A stretch of 64,000 bases of DNA, from contig OX597816.1 in assembly GCA_951406725.2 (NCBI GenBank), positions 125,426,001 through 125,490,000 of the forward strand. The letters run 5' to 3'. A model generated the notes under the pieces. It searched no databases. It worked only from the letters and a program-made list of their open reading frames with translations, and was not told the DNA's origin. A program made the position numbers and the translations under genes. The DNA comes from Octopus vulgaris. Its lineage: Eukaryota. Position 1 is the first letter of the stretch. The number at the start of each line of letters is the position of its first letter. This document shows positions 38,506-52,563 of the stretch, one piece after another.

Positions 38506-39894
38506 TTTCTGTATTTTAATCTTTTTAGCACAATAATATTTGGGTGAATGTTGCAGACAGTATTGAATCGACAGTAAATATCTCATTTCTCAGTAACGTA
38601 GTAGGCCTGTAAAATGACAGATTCAGAAAAAAATCACATTTGCGCTTGTCAGATGATTGTGTTTGGATTATAAAAATACCATCTTACATAAATATATGTT
38701 TATAGACATGTATGTGGAACTAAATAAATCGTGTGTTTTAGTAGAACAAAATATCGATCTTGAACATGTATTCGAGCCTTGCCTAACGCTTAATTCCTTG
38801 CATTCTATTACGCTATATTCCCCCACACAAAGTTTAAATATACAATAACCGATATCATGAATTTATGTATGCGTTTATATTGTTCGTACAATAATTTAGA
38901 TGTTGCTTACCTTCCTCAAAGCGAAAGAACGTAATAATTCACAAAACATTTATGTAATAGTAGAATACCAAAACAAACAAAATTTGGCTTAAAGGAAGAT
39001 CGTGTATGTGTTTGTGTGTGTGTTTGTGTGTGTGAGTGTGTTTGTGTGTGTGTGTGTTTGTGTGTGTGTTTATGTGTGTGTGTTTGTGTATGTGTGTGTG
39101 TTTGTGTGGTGCATTTTCTTCATATATATATATATATATATATACAGACACATACATATATATTGATCGATTTATAGACAGATGGATAAATACATAGAGA
39201 TGGGAAGAGAGAGAAAGAGAGAGACAGGCAGACAAACATGCAGATTGATGGATAGATTCTTAAAAACAAAGCATTAGGGTGTCCGATTTTGAAGAGTTGT
39301 TAACAAAATGAGACATGTTGAATGAATTAACGTTGAGATAACGTTGACAAAATGGGAGCGTTTTATTATGTTTAAGCGTAAAAGTAGAAATTATTTTATT
39401 GCCTGTTTATACAAAGATGAAATCTAAACAAATAACAACTTAGTAAGAAATTAATAAAAATAAATAATATATATATAATTGTATGATTGAATTTTATTAA
39501 CTACAGGTTTTTTAAGCTAAACACATTTACGAAGGGCTGTTCTTGTTCAGATACAGCCACGTTTCTTCTTTGCATATGCATCCAATCACATATTTTTTAT
39601 TTAATTTCAATTCTCACATGCATTTCATTTATATATTCACCAAATTATAGATTTCCTTATCTAAATATTCTTATTAACGGTTTATTGTCTCAGTTCTCAA
39701 ATTTTGTTAGAACATTGGAGACATAAAACTCAGTGTCACAAAATTACATGTGTATGTGTGTGTTATGAATGTCATCATATGTCTGTGTACGTGCGCGTAT
39801 TATGTGTACGAGCGAATATTAGTGAATTTGTAGATATACCTATGTCTATGCATGTGTGTATGCATATATGTTAGTGAGCGATAACGAAGGCAGA

Positions 39895-40565
39895 ATACAA
39901 ACAATTTCTAGACTGTCGCTGTGGAGGATACTATGTTCTGCATACTGGGAAAATTTAGGGTTAAAGTATGCAACGAAAAGCGTAAGAATATAATAAAAAC
40001 AGCATAAAATATTCAAGAGAGAGTAAACTTGAAGAAGGCTAGAAGAAATATACTGATGCAGTATAGGTCCATATAAATGGAAACAAAAACTACAGAAATA
40101 AACACTTTCCAAGCATGTGCTGCGTTTTATAGATTAGTGTATAAATCAATGCTGTCATGTGTGTATCCGTTGCACGAAAATAATATATAAATGAATTAGA
40201 CGTGATCAGAGGAGCGAAATATTTCAGTATACCACAAGCAAAGGAAACAGACTTTACTTCTGAAAAGGTGTTGCAGATATCAAAACTAGTATGTGTTATT
40301 GAAGTAGGAGGATATATAGTTTATGTAACTAGGAAAATACTATATCACGTAAGCACAATAAGCGCGTGTTTCGATAAAAAGAGAACATCGCTTTAAAACA
40401 GAATTAACTGCAAATGAGGTCAGCTTATGAAAACGAAAGGAAAATACATATAATATATAATTTATAAAAGATCGTTATTCTTATATCCAGAAATTAACAA
40501 ATAATTTTAAAGAGATACTTTTTAGAAACAGTAGAAGTTTCTTTTTTTATCTCTTTGTCAGGAGG
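39895..40565 (+). repeat. 671-bp direct duplication, copy 2
   Basis: Matches 31754-32424. Confidence 0.93.
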
Positions 40566-40717
40566 TAATATAAAATATATACCATGGTAATATAAAATTT
40601 ATTTAATAAACAATCCGCTTAGTTCAATATGATAGGCTTCAAACGTAAACTACATCTCTCACGTTTCTATTCAAAACTGTCTAAGATCTAGTGACATGTA
40701 ACTTTTTCATTTGTCAG

Positions 40718-41200
40718 AAATTTCCGATGAGTATGACTTTCAGCATTGGTGATATTATGAATACGTCATTCATACAAAAGCCAGTGATGGAGAGTAACTT
40801 TGGAAGATTCATTCAGTGATGAATTACACACGACGGGGCACTCTCAATAAATTTAATTGTCAAAATGGATTTAGAAATACCCGGAAAAATCACTTGGATG
40901 TTGCTTTCAGTTGCCGAAGGTTGAGCTAGGAAGCACAAATGATACATACATGGAATTATTTTTAAATTCTGGGTATCAGACATGAAAAGGAAAAGAATAT
41001 TCGCGACCTCTGGCTTATAGGTTTCTCTTGGAAGCATTTGTTTTCACATTTTTGGAACCGTTAATATTACTGAAAAGATTTCATATCATTTCCATGCGTG
41101 TGACGTTGATAGAGGTGATACTATTAAGTATAGTATAGTCTATTACTTTATCGGTTAAATCATTTTCAAAAAGCAGGAAGAGCGTGGATGGCAGCACAAA
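40718..41200 (+). pseudogene. Possible cadherin-repeat relic
   Basis: YDF..Y..KASDG after an acceptor-like tttgtcag, and TVNITE..FHACDVDRGDTIKYSI..F..EERG resembling AxDxDxG..YSI. Stops and frameshifts present. Confidence 0.3.
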
Positions 41201-44200
41201 TATCTGCGGCATTCTGGCAATGATTTTGTATGTGTGAGAGGCAGGGTTTTTATTTCAATTCTCATAATTCTTCGCGTTGCGATTAATTTTATAACATAGA
41301 CGTCTCTATTAGATATGTTATAGATGGTCAGTTTATGAAGTAGTTTTCATGGTTTTACCGAGTTAAATGCATGGGATATTCTAAGGCAATAACATGAGCA
41401 TCAAACCAGTGTGCAAGTTATGCTATGAATGAATCTCTGAGTATGACATCAGTGAGCCTACAGATCGTAAATGATAAGATATGCAATTAAGGAAGCTTTA
41501 TTCAAGTAGTTACTGAAAAGTTTATCAACGATAAATTCAGGAACCTTGCTTTATGCAGCCCATAGCCACCTTCTATTAATTAGAGAAGCACTTTTACAAA
41601 ATGGGCAATCTGCAGGCTTCTACCACGAACACGGAAGTATTTTACTTTATTTAATTGCTGTCCTTTTCCTAGCAGTGTAGTATATTTACGTATTTCAACA
41701 CAGCATTATTTTTACTTGTAATTAACGTTTATTGAGTAAAAATTAAAATGTTGACCTAAATATAATAAATATGATAAAACTGTCCAGTAAAAGATGTTCA
41801 GAATGGAACCGCCATACATTGTTTAACATTAAAGACTAATTTCATACACACAAGTATATAGCTAACTTTGACTGATCATATGTCTTCTTACCATAATATA
41901 CTAGAAAGTCGTTTGTATACTCCTATTCACTTGCAGATTTATTCTCTAAGAAATAATTATAAATCACTCCTAATTCCCTCGAGATGCTATGATAGCAACG
42001 AATCGATTATTCAGAGAAGAGATAAATAAGTAAATCTTTTACATTAAGTAGATTACTGCTGGAGATTTGTTAATAGATCCGTCATATATTATATATAAAA
42101 TAAGAAAATACCCAGCAAAATTAGTTCGCATAAGAGAAACAAAATTGTTTCCAAAATTTTAATCTTGTCTTAATTTATTGATTATTCAAGATATTAAAAC
42201 TTTTCATGTATTTCTTCGCAAATACTGTTTCTAAAATTTACTTAAACTTTCGTAAGCTTCTACCTGTAGTGATAATTTGACCTAAACTATCTTCGTCTGA
42301 AATGCCAGATAGAACTTACTTAAGATTTAGTTTTTTTTTTTTTTCATTTTTTCATCCATTAGATGTTTGATTGAAAATGTGCTTTTTATGCATTTATTTT
42401 ATTCGAATGTTTAGCAGAAAAATTGGATTTTGTATTCAAATGAAATTTGCTACAAATATTTGTTTTCTAATACATAAACTTAGGAGTACCGTGAAGAAAT
42501 TGGTTTTATGTTTGTTTGAATTTTAGACGAGAAAATAAGTTTTATTTCTGTTAAATATTTTAACTGGTTTTACTTTATAATTTTTACTGTTGAGGAGGAC
42601 TATATCTAAATTCAAAGTTGTATGACTTCTAGGGATAATTTAAAAGTGAATTCCATTTAACAATTTTGAAAGAAAAGACAAAATAAATGTAATATTTTAG
42701 ATATGTAGAAGATGTGTTTGCACTTTACCTTTAGGTCTCTGCATTTCGCCTCTTTACCTTTAAACTCATGACGTGATGGTCAAATCCATTTAGCTTTACG
42801 TGGGTTCTTCGCCCCTTATTGTGATAGGGTAGCCGAGCGTCCCAACATCAGCTATTTAGGGGAAGATTTTCCCGCAAATTCCTTTGAGAGATGAGTTGCA
42901 ACAAACGAGTTTGGATCTTCGGCATGAGAGCAGTTTTATTCCACTTTTCAGCTTCAGTGAGGAGAGAATTGTAGCAGGATTCCTTGACATCATGCTTTGT
43001 GTCTTTCCAACGTTCATTTTCATCTTTAAAAAGCACTATGAAACTATTTATTTTATTTGGCAGATTTATTCATGTTATACCAGTTGCTGTATTTTCTTTT
43101 ATCGTTGGAATAAATGTTTCAGTGAATTTTAACTTGGCCTCGTATTTCTTGATGATCGTTATCCTGACTCTTATTAACTCAGAAGATATTATATTTCCAG
43201 GGCTTTATCCACATTGCACCATTTACCACCTCGCTAAAGATATAACAAAACGTATCCGTGAAAGAAAATGTGCGAAATGGAATGTAATGTTCGCAGAAGA
43301 CAATGCTGAGTGTACTGCATAACATATTCAAAAGTAGTAAATAAATAAGTGACATTTGCAACCCTTAAGAGCGTTGGAAAAAATATTTTTCCAATGAAAG
43401 GCGATTTAAAGGTTTGACCCTATTAAAAACATGCAGAATAGAACCACGCAATGTTCTAGTGGTCGGAACAAATTATATATAATCCGACCTTCCAACTCTC
43501 ATTCAACATTTTCACAAATCCAACGCGATATATTGGAAACAACAAGGAGCGTAATTGATATCCTCACAACTCGACACTAACTTCATTCATGGAACTTGTA
43601 CTGCAGTACATAGGCAGCAAAGTAATTCTTTATTCTTTCAAAAATATAATTAAATGCAATGACTGTTACGCTATTTTAACAGTTACTTTCTTAAGAACTA
43701 GAAACAAATTCCAACGAAAACACAAAACCGAATAAAACAGAATTAAACTTAGGCATGAAGAAAGCTATGTACCATAAGAAAATAATCATTATATCCATGA
43801 TAAACTACATATCAAGTAGTTGAACACTGTATAAAGTAATTGATTGTAGCAACGTTGTAACAAGCAATTCTAATAATGGTCACACCACATTGAACGTCAG
43901 AATAACAATTTCAAATATTACAACCACTCTACAGTAACAAAACAAAGTAGACTTATCCAAGAATACCGAAACTCAGGACAAAGATATATGCTTTAGATCG
44001 CCATCATCCACCGGACAACAAATAAAGTAGTGGGAAATCTTAAACGGAAATAAGCCAGAGGAGGCAAAGATTTCAAACATACGAATAAAAACATGTTGGG
44101 CCAAAAAAGATTCTAGTATTCGGCAACATTTGCAAATATACATGCCGACACTTCAAATTTACTTGTATATTTATACTGAAAAGCATCACTGTCGTATGAT

Positions 44201-45764
44201 GCCCAGAAAAAAACCTTGGTCTACGAGTATTGACTTATCTATACAAGCGCTCAAATATTTTTAGAATAGTTGACTGATTGGACTACACAATGGTCTGTCT
44301 AAATAATTATATGTCATTGATATCTCCGATCAAGTCTGACACAACACCACTACTACAATTGACAATAATAACGAGAACGTTTAAAGCATCAAAGAGAAAA
44401 ACAGCTAAAACAGCTGAAATATCTAAGTTACTACTAATACTAGAAATATCTAAGTTACTAGTAATACTAATGTCTGACAAATTAATTAAAATTGATATCA
44501 TTATTTACTATTAGACATTAAAATTGAAGAATTAGAATAGAATCTCCCATACAATTACTTTCTAAATGAAATGTATAGTTATAAGACGAAAATTAGAAAG
44601 CGTGCTGAAGAGGAGTCCTGGATTATATTATGTTCTATCACAGATATCAGAAATAAGACAATAAGAATAAATACATGAGCAACCACAGTCATAAACGTCA
44701 GTTTCATTATAATATATTAGAAGTTAGATGAACTGAAGCCAAGATAATAAACGTAGAAATCTATATTTTACTCTCCGAAAGCATTATTCTACATACTTTG
44801 TAGATTGATTACAGGGAGCTATTACAAAATAATGACTCATTCGTTTAATAGGATAACTTGAAGAATAATGCGTAGTTATCCATATTAAAACAAATCAATA
44901 TAGTACACCCTAAAAACAACTTACACCAATGTGAAGATTTCGTTAAGAGAAGAAATAAAGTATAACGAAAATAAAAATTGAACTTCAAAAAGTATCAAAC
45001 CATTTGTCGAGAAAAGCATCTATATTCCCAGTATTCTGCTTCACTCAGAAAAGGAGTAATTCAACTTCTAAAACATTAAAGCTGAATAATCACTGAATGA
45101 AATTCAAAACTTGCTGAAAAGATAAAATTCTATCAAAGCACAAAGATCTTTATTGTTTCAATAACTGGTAAACTGGCTATTTTTAAAACTATATTATTAG
45201 TTTTATGAATTTACAGAGAATAGAAGTAGATCTAGCGAGGGAATGTCACATGATACGAAACAGATCTAATTCAATCATTGAATTGCTCCTGTATGCTTCC
45301 TCTGTGACTATTTCCTAATCTTGTAGCACAATTTAGACAACTGATATGCTGAATAATCAGCACCAATTAATATTACAGGACTTCAATGAACAAAAGTGAC
45401 ACCCAAGATGAAGCAACATTTCGCAGTATGACCATCTTTCACCGAAAGACGCGCCGAATCAAAACTGAACTGAGACGGATCAAGAAGCAACATAACTTGC
45501 ATAATAAACATTCATAACAAGTGAAATAATAAAGACCTAAGAATAGGAAAACAAACTGCACAACACAGAACAAATTACGGGTAACACAAAGACCTTTCAT
45601 GTACCTTAAAAATCATAGTACTGTACACAATACTGGACAACTTGTGCACGCTTGATGATGGCACAAAATTTTGAACAAAGCTCTTGATGAAGGAAAATTA
45701 TAATGATCATAATTTTTTCTACACAAGGAACAAGGCCAGTAACTTTTACATTCACTCCATGGTT

Positions 45765-45900
45765 CAGTGGGTGTTTATTTTATTAGCACCGAAAGGATAA
45801 AAAGCAGGGTCGATATCGGAGGCATTTGAATGTAAGGACGAACGAAATGCTGCTAGGCATTTTGTCCGGTGTGCTAACGATTCTCCCAGCTTGCCGCCCA
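45765..45900 (-). mobile_element. Degenerate SINE
   Basis: GGCGGCAAGCTGGGAGAATCGTTAGCACACCGGAC head and TTATCCTTTCGG body; same family as 9757 and 62790. Confidence 0.7.
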
Positions 45901-45903
45901 ATC

Positions 45904-45904
<1 letters not shown>

Positions 45905-45984
<80 letters not shown>

Positions 45985-46760
45985 GGAGAACACCGGGGAC
46001 GTTTAACATGTAAGAGCGGTAAAACGCTGCACCGAAATCTATCCCAAAACATCGGGAATAAAGGCAACAAATGGAGCCTGAAATAACTGACAAAGTGTTG
46101 GACCGAGTAAATAATACTCATTAAATTTTCAACAGCAGAAAGAACAACGATAACGGAAACACACAACACCCAGGTATACTCCAAACAAAGCTCTTCTGCT
46201 CCCTCCCTCTCTCCTCTACTCCGAATTGAAATGCATCCATAAATTCGCACCCAGATTCCACAAACACGGATTTATCTGCAACACACAGGGAAGAGGTAGC
46301 GGAACCTCAAAAACCAAAACAATCAAAACGCGAACACTGTAAATCATCATGCCCTATATCAACACATACCAAAACACATAGAAAACACAACCACAGCAGG
46401 TGCAGACACTGACAGCATCACTACCACCACCACCACCACCACCACCACCACCACTACCACCACCACCACCACCACTACCACCACCACCACCACCACCGCC
46501 AGCACCACTATCACCTCCCAGCACTGGAATCATCAACACTTCTACCATTATCACAACCAGCTCCACCAACACTACTACAACTGCAACAACCCACGAAAAG
46601 GAAACAGTCCCAATAGCAACAACCAACCACACAAACACAAAACTACGTGCTTTGTTGGAGAACCAACAAAGAATTGATGGTTCTCTTCGCAGGAAGGAAA
46701 GACATCGAAAGAATGGGTGAGATATTCGGTACCAGCACATTTCAAGTGCTAGACACATTA
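45905..46760 (+). repeat. (AAT)n tract followed by A/C-rich sequence with (CCA)n; possible decayed retroelement 5' region
   Basis: The microsatellites are direct. Retroelement origin rests only on composition and polarity relative to (AAT)n. Confidence 0.35.
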
Positions 46761-47149
46761 ATGATGATGAGAATGCCTCCAGAAATATACAAAAACATTA
46801 GGGAGAACTTCTCTCTCGATGTGGAAACCCCTAATGTAAAAGTCACGAGTTGGGTTTTAAGGGGGCTCCCAGAGGATCCTCAACAGGTTAGGGATGTTGA
46901 ACCACATGATATCCCGCGTCACCCGGACGTTACTAATGTTGTAGCCATATCTCCTTTTTCATTTTGCATCCACTGTCAATGCTAATCATACCTTTGAGAA
47001 TGGATCAGCTGTTGACAGCATGGATCAGCTGTTGAAATAAAGGACGGGGCAATTCATTCTTCAAATTCCAAAAATTCTACCGGTGATGTTCCTGGAATGA
47101 CAGTCTTCGAGACCCTGTTATTTCTATCGTCATATTTTCAAAATATTAA

Positions 47150-47470
47150 ATGTAGAAAGTCTTAAAGTACTTACTTCTTCATAACACTAGTATAGCAGCT
47201 TGTCAAACAATCTCACTAGTTGTATTTCTACTCCTATGACCGACCTTAGTTCTGCAATGCTACTCTTTGTGCGTTTCGTAAAGCACTGCTAGTCTAAACA
47301 ACACAGAATTGAATTTGCTAGTTCAGTCTTCTTACAGACTGTACAGTATATGCAACTTTTCATACCATGGCCAAGGAACATTTACCCTAATGTCAATAAA
47401 GCTGCTTAGATCTATGGGGAATAGGTGTACACTGCAGTAATAATTCAAACGGCATAATGTATGTCACGTG
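47150..47470 (-). mobile_element. Ancient CR1-like RT C-terminal relic
   Basis: LNYYCSV..SP and YEKLHILYSL resemble LEYC..WSP and YEERL..LYSL. Confidence 0.35.
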
Positions 47471-49299
47471 AAATCTCATGAATACTCCAAAGCAAATACA
47501 TATAATAATACAAATAATAATTATCAAATTTAATTTGTATGTGTCTAAAACATTTAAACTCTCCCAGGAATTCAGAAACGTTTATCATTGTATCAGGATA
47601 TTACTTATTAAAGGAGACATTCTTTCATTGCAACATGACCGTCATATTTCAACTAAATACTAGTGCACTGTAAAAGCCAACTCGAACATTAAAGAAAATT
47701 AATGCCAGCAAGCAAAATTGTTTTGTGATATCTGTTTGCATTACTAACGATTCACCTTCAGTATACATATTTTTAGTATGTATACATATGTTGAGTTTAT
47801 ATACATTCAAATATGTATGAGTGTATGTATACATGCATATAATCTCTTTGTTACTGACGTTTTCGATTTTATTTTGGAAAGCCGTAGGCTCTGTTATGAG
47901 GTAACATGGAAATGATATACAATCGAGTGCATCTCTACTTGTTTATATTCCTTCTTCAATATCATTTCCTTTTTAAATATTAAGATCTTGTCGATTTTGC
48001 CGATTTTGATTGTCCCTAATATCAGAAAATTGTGTAGTGCATGAATTCAAGAATTTAAATTCGATAATACTTTGATCTAAGAGGGCTAAATATATGCTTT
48101 CCTTCCAATAATAATGGATTTAAAGTTGCAGCTGTAATGTTGGTCCTTTATTAGCAAATTCACTAATGGGCCATAGATGTTTTCTTTCTCCTCTAATTTT
48201 ATTACCACGTTGTTTTAAAATGGGCGTGTGTTTTTATTTGGTTGCTTGTTTTATTTTCAGGTTCTAATATTATTTCGATCCATTATATTCAATGCGCTTC
48301 TTTTCATTGGTTGTTGTTGTTGTTGTTATTTCTTACTCCATTAATGTATTCCTGATCGATCTGATGGCCAAGCACGCATTATCGAAAGATGATATCTTGT
48401 AGACATGTGGTTAATGTTTACAGTTTGGTTTTTGAATATTCAGCTGGTTCTTGTTGTCTTTTGAGTATAAGGTAGAGTATTTTATTTCTTCAAGATGCCC
48501 TTAAGGATAAAATACTTTAAACCGTAATTACACACTTTATCCCTTCTATGCTCGGTGTTTTTTAAGTACCTATGCCCATCCTTCTCAGCAAACTGGCCTA
48601 GATGTTTTTATTTATTTATTTTTTTGTGTTATGTTATTCATTGGGATGTGACCAGAGGTAGCTTGCAAATCATTTTTCTTCATATGTTCACTCTTACTAA
48701 TAATGATTCGTGCTCGCAAGCTTGAGCGAGATATTTGCTGAAAAGTTTTCACTACTGGAAATGTGGCTTCAGTGTTACAACTGTTTATTGTATTTTTGTA
48801 ATATTATTGCAATATTATTGCTGATTTAATGCCGCAGTTCTCCACTTCCTTGTGGGAGAAACATAATTTGTCTAGCTTCCCAATAATCTCAACATGTCCG
48901 AAATTGAGCTATTTGTGTGTCTTTGCCCCTCAATCTCGCTACGTTCTTGTATAGACCAGTACAGAGAAATAAGTGCAGGCACTAAAATGCGTTGTGAGGT
49001 GTATGTTTGTTGAATTTTTGTTGAACGTATTTTTTCATATATTTTTCATTTTTTCAGATAGCTTGTTCTTTTAGCGGAGTATCTTTTACAAATAATGTGC
49101 TATATTGAAGACACGACAGATGAATTGGAGTAAATTTATATTTAAATTTTCAGATCATGTTTTTGATTACGTATTTAAGACTTTAACGTTACAACTCTTG
49201 TCTTCAAATTGCCTTTCTCATTTTTCTGCCAGATAAAATGATTCGTTTTTACGATTTATCTTAATATTTTTTTTATCAACAATTCCTTTGTAACAAGTC

Positions 49300-50406
49300 A
49301 ATGAATAATATAACCACCTTCATTTTTCCCGATCTCTTGCCAGTGCCTTGAGAGAATCATCGAATCTTGACACGAGGAATTTATGAAGCCACGTTTTCAG
49401 CTTAAATGCTGATAATCTAAAGGCTCTGTATCAGAAGAATGCGGTGTCTGCGGTAGAACTTCCTACCCGAGCTCTTGAATAGCATTTTGTTTTTGTCAAA
49501 TTAGCGACGTGGAGGCGAACCATGCAGAAGAAATATGCCAAATCATCAGTTGGGTCGTTTCATATGGATTGATTCGTTGAACCGGTAGAGTTTCTAAACG
49601 TAAAAGCTCTGCATTGATCGGCTGGTTGATTTCAAACACTTTGTTGCAAATTAGCTCTTCCTAATCCCACCAAACGCAGACCATTGTCTTACGTGGAGGT
49701 TGCTCTAGCCTGGTTGCTTGCTTGTGGGAACCCAAGCATTCTTACGTCTGCCTCATAATGATGCAAATTCAGAATATTTTTACACCGATGACGATCGTTG
49801 TGGTAAAGGAATGTCTTTTTGTGTTCACTAGTAGCCTGGGGTCGAGCAAATAATGCAGCAGCGATAGTGGAGCGTTCAGAGCGTATAGCATATACGCACC
49901 AATCTTTTGGACCTTATCCGTCGAAAGAATATTAAATTCGACGCCATCCTGAGGGATTCTGCTGAGCTAATTCTCTAGGGAATTGGCGCGGATACTCGTC
50001 GATGGTTTGGTTCAAACTATCCTCATTAAACTGAACAGGTCGATAGGAACGCGAAGAGTCTGTGAGATACAATTTCCTCCTTGACATGACAAGCATTTCT
50101 GTGCAGTTCATTTAGTAATAGTGTGGTTTTAGTTTTTGTAAGCGGCACAAATATCTCGATCGATTTGATAGCTTTAGTGTTAGTTTGTTAGCAAATGAAG
50201 CAAGCGTCGAAAATGCTTAGTCTGTTTTTTTTTTCTACTCAGCAATTTATCATTATATGTCTGAAAAAAAGTAAAATCTATGTAATGTTCAAAAGCGATA
50301 AACAAAGGACGTGGAGGAAGGAGAGAACTGCAAAAAATAAACACGATAAAAATATTCTTCGTGTTAATTCTAACAATATTTAAGAATTTAAATGACAACC
50401 CAATAT
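49300..50406 (-). mobile_element. Decayed mariner
   Basis: RKTMVCVWWD near 49670-49695 and a TA-TTGGGGTTGTC TIR at ~50394-50406. Confidence 0.7.
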
Positions 50407-50785
50407 ACATTTTTGATGTTTTGTGAGCGTATGATCTCTGCTACTTTGCACAACTTCAAGAATTTGTAAAATGTCTTTTCGTACAAATAAAATATTAATT
50501 TATGAGTAACACACCACCTCGTTTAAGGATGTGCGCTCGATTGTATAACTTCAGTATTGTTTCACTTCCTTGCACCTGAGTTAAAAACGTGATTACTGAT
50601 ACATACGATTAAACAAATCACTGACTCTTGTATTACTTTCATACCCCTGCTTACTTTTGAGCTAATGTCTTGCATCTAGACGAGAATGTAATTTTTATCT
50701 TGTTTTAATGAGCTATATTGCAAGGTAATGCATTTTATCTGCCATAATATTTCATCATGATTATAATCATTATCATTATCATCAT

Positions 50786-50890
50786 CAGCATCATCAGCGT
50801 CACCAACATCAGCATCACCAACATCAGCATCACCAACATCAGCATCACCAACATCAGCATCACCAACATCAGCATCACCAACATCATCAT
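50786..50890. repeat. 15-bp minisatellite (CATCACCAACATCAG)n grading into (ATT)n
   Basis: Seen directly; source of the ITNIS ORF repeat. Confidence 0.9.
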
Positions 50891-50899
50891 CACCACCAC

Positions 50900-50933
<34 letters not shown>

Positions 50934-51233
50934 GAGTAGTCATATTTTTATCACGTTTACACCTCACTACCAAGCGGAGTTCTGTGTGCTTTGGGTATGT
51001 TCGTTGTGGTCCTCTATATTTTCACTGTATTGAAATAGTATTACGTAGGATGTGTGCAGTGCCTAGTAGTGATATTTTCTCTATGTTATATATAATTGTA
51101 AGTCCTTGTGTTTTTGTTATGCATTTCTCTGAATGTTTTTATTATACCTATTGAGGTTACTATGATAGGAATTGTTTCTGTTTTTAGACTCCACATTCGA
51201 GTTACTTCTACTTCCAGATCTTTGTATTTTGCT
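50934..51233 (-). mobile_element. R4/Dong-like 3' fragment related to 55445-59372, flanked by (ATT)n
   Basis: KYKDLEVEVTRMWSLKTETIPII and LLGTAHILR; the 3' UTR aligns to 55445-55545. Confidence 0.85.
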
Positions 51234-51247
51234 GTTGTTATTGTTAC

Positions 51248-51948
<701 letters not shown>

Positions 51949-52502
51949 GAGTGAGAGAGCAGTGCATGCCATCAAAGTGACACTGGGGTAAAATATACGA
52001 AGCCCAATATACCCATCATGACTACCCGTCTGATAAAGGTTCACCAGGCACATGCATCACAACCATATGTGCGCGACATGGTGATCTCATATCAAGATAA
52101 ACAGCACATGACCTTGCAGGTGGGGCCCAGTTAGAATTTTCTTCAGGTTGAGTAGCCCATCCCGCTCAAAAGGTCCCTGAATAAGGGTTGTTTAAGGATG
52201 TTGAAAGAACCACCCATGTTTCCAGAGGTGAACTATTCAAACCCCAAAGAATACCTCTCAACACATGGCTATGATGCTCCCCCACTACTTCTGCTCGTGA
52301 TCAGAGATGCACATATTGTCAGCCACTAAGGGACATGCTCAACTGGTTAAGGTCAAACAACTGACAAGCAAATCTGTGGTATTGAGCAGAATATTTGCTG
52401 TAGCCCATCTTTTATACCAAGACAAAACAATGTACATGATAACACTTCCAATCAGTTAAGATCAGAAGCCATGAGAGCCACTGCCTGGTACTGCATCAGG
52501 GC

Positions 52503-52504
<2 letters not shown>
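51949..52504 (-). mobile_element. ~556-nt non-coding (AAT)n-inserted unit, full-length copy
   Basis: Near-identical to 59950-60505, flanked by (ATT)n on both sides, no long ORF, no clear A/B boxes. Confidence 0.85.

Positions 52505-52560
<56 letters not shown>

Positions 52561-52563
<3 letters not shown>

Noticed and set aside
43100-45000. Faint RT-like motifs such as WNVMFAED
   Set aside because: Too degenerate to define family or boundaries.
46354-46758. Poly-Pro/poly-Gly ORFs resembling formin or extensin
   Set aside because: Explained by a (CCA)n microsatellite; no flanking domain or splice support.
51949-52504. 556-nt unit as RNase MRP/P, telomerase RNA, 7SK, 7SL, U1/U4 derivative or HDV-like ribozyme
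   Set aside because: Only short chance-level matches. I could not build P1/P4, a full telomeric template, an H/ACA end or the HDV nested pseudoknot by eye; a covariance-model search is needed.
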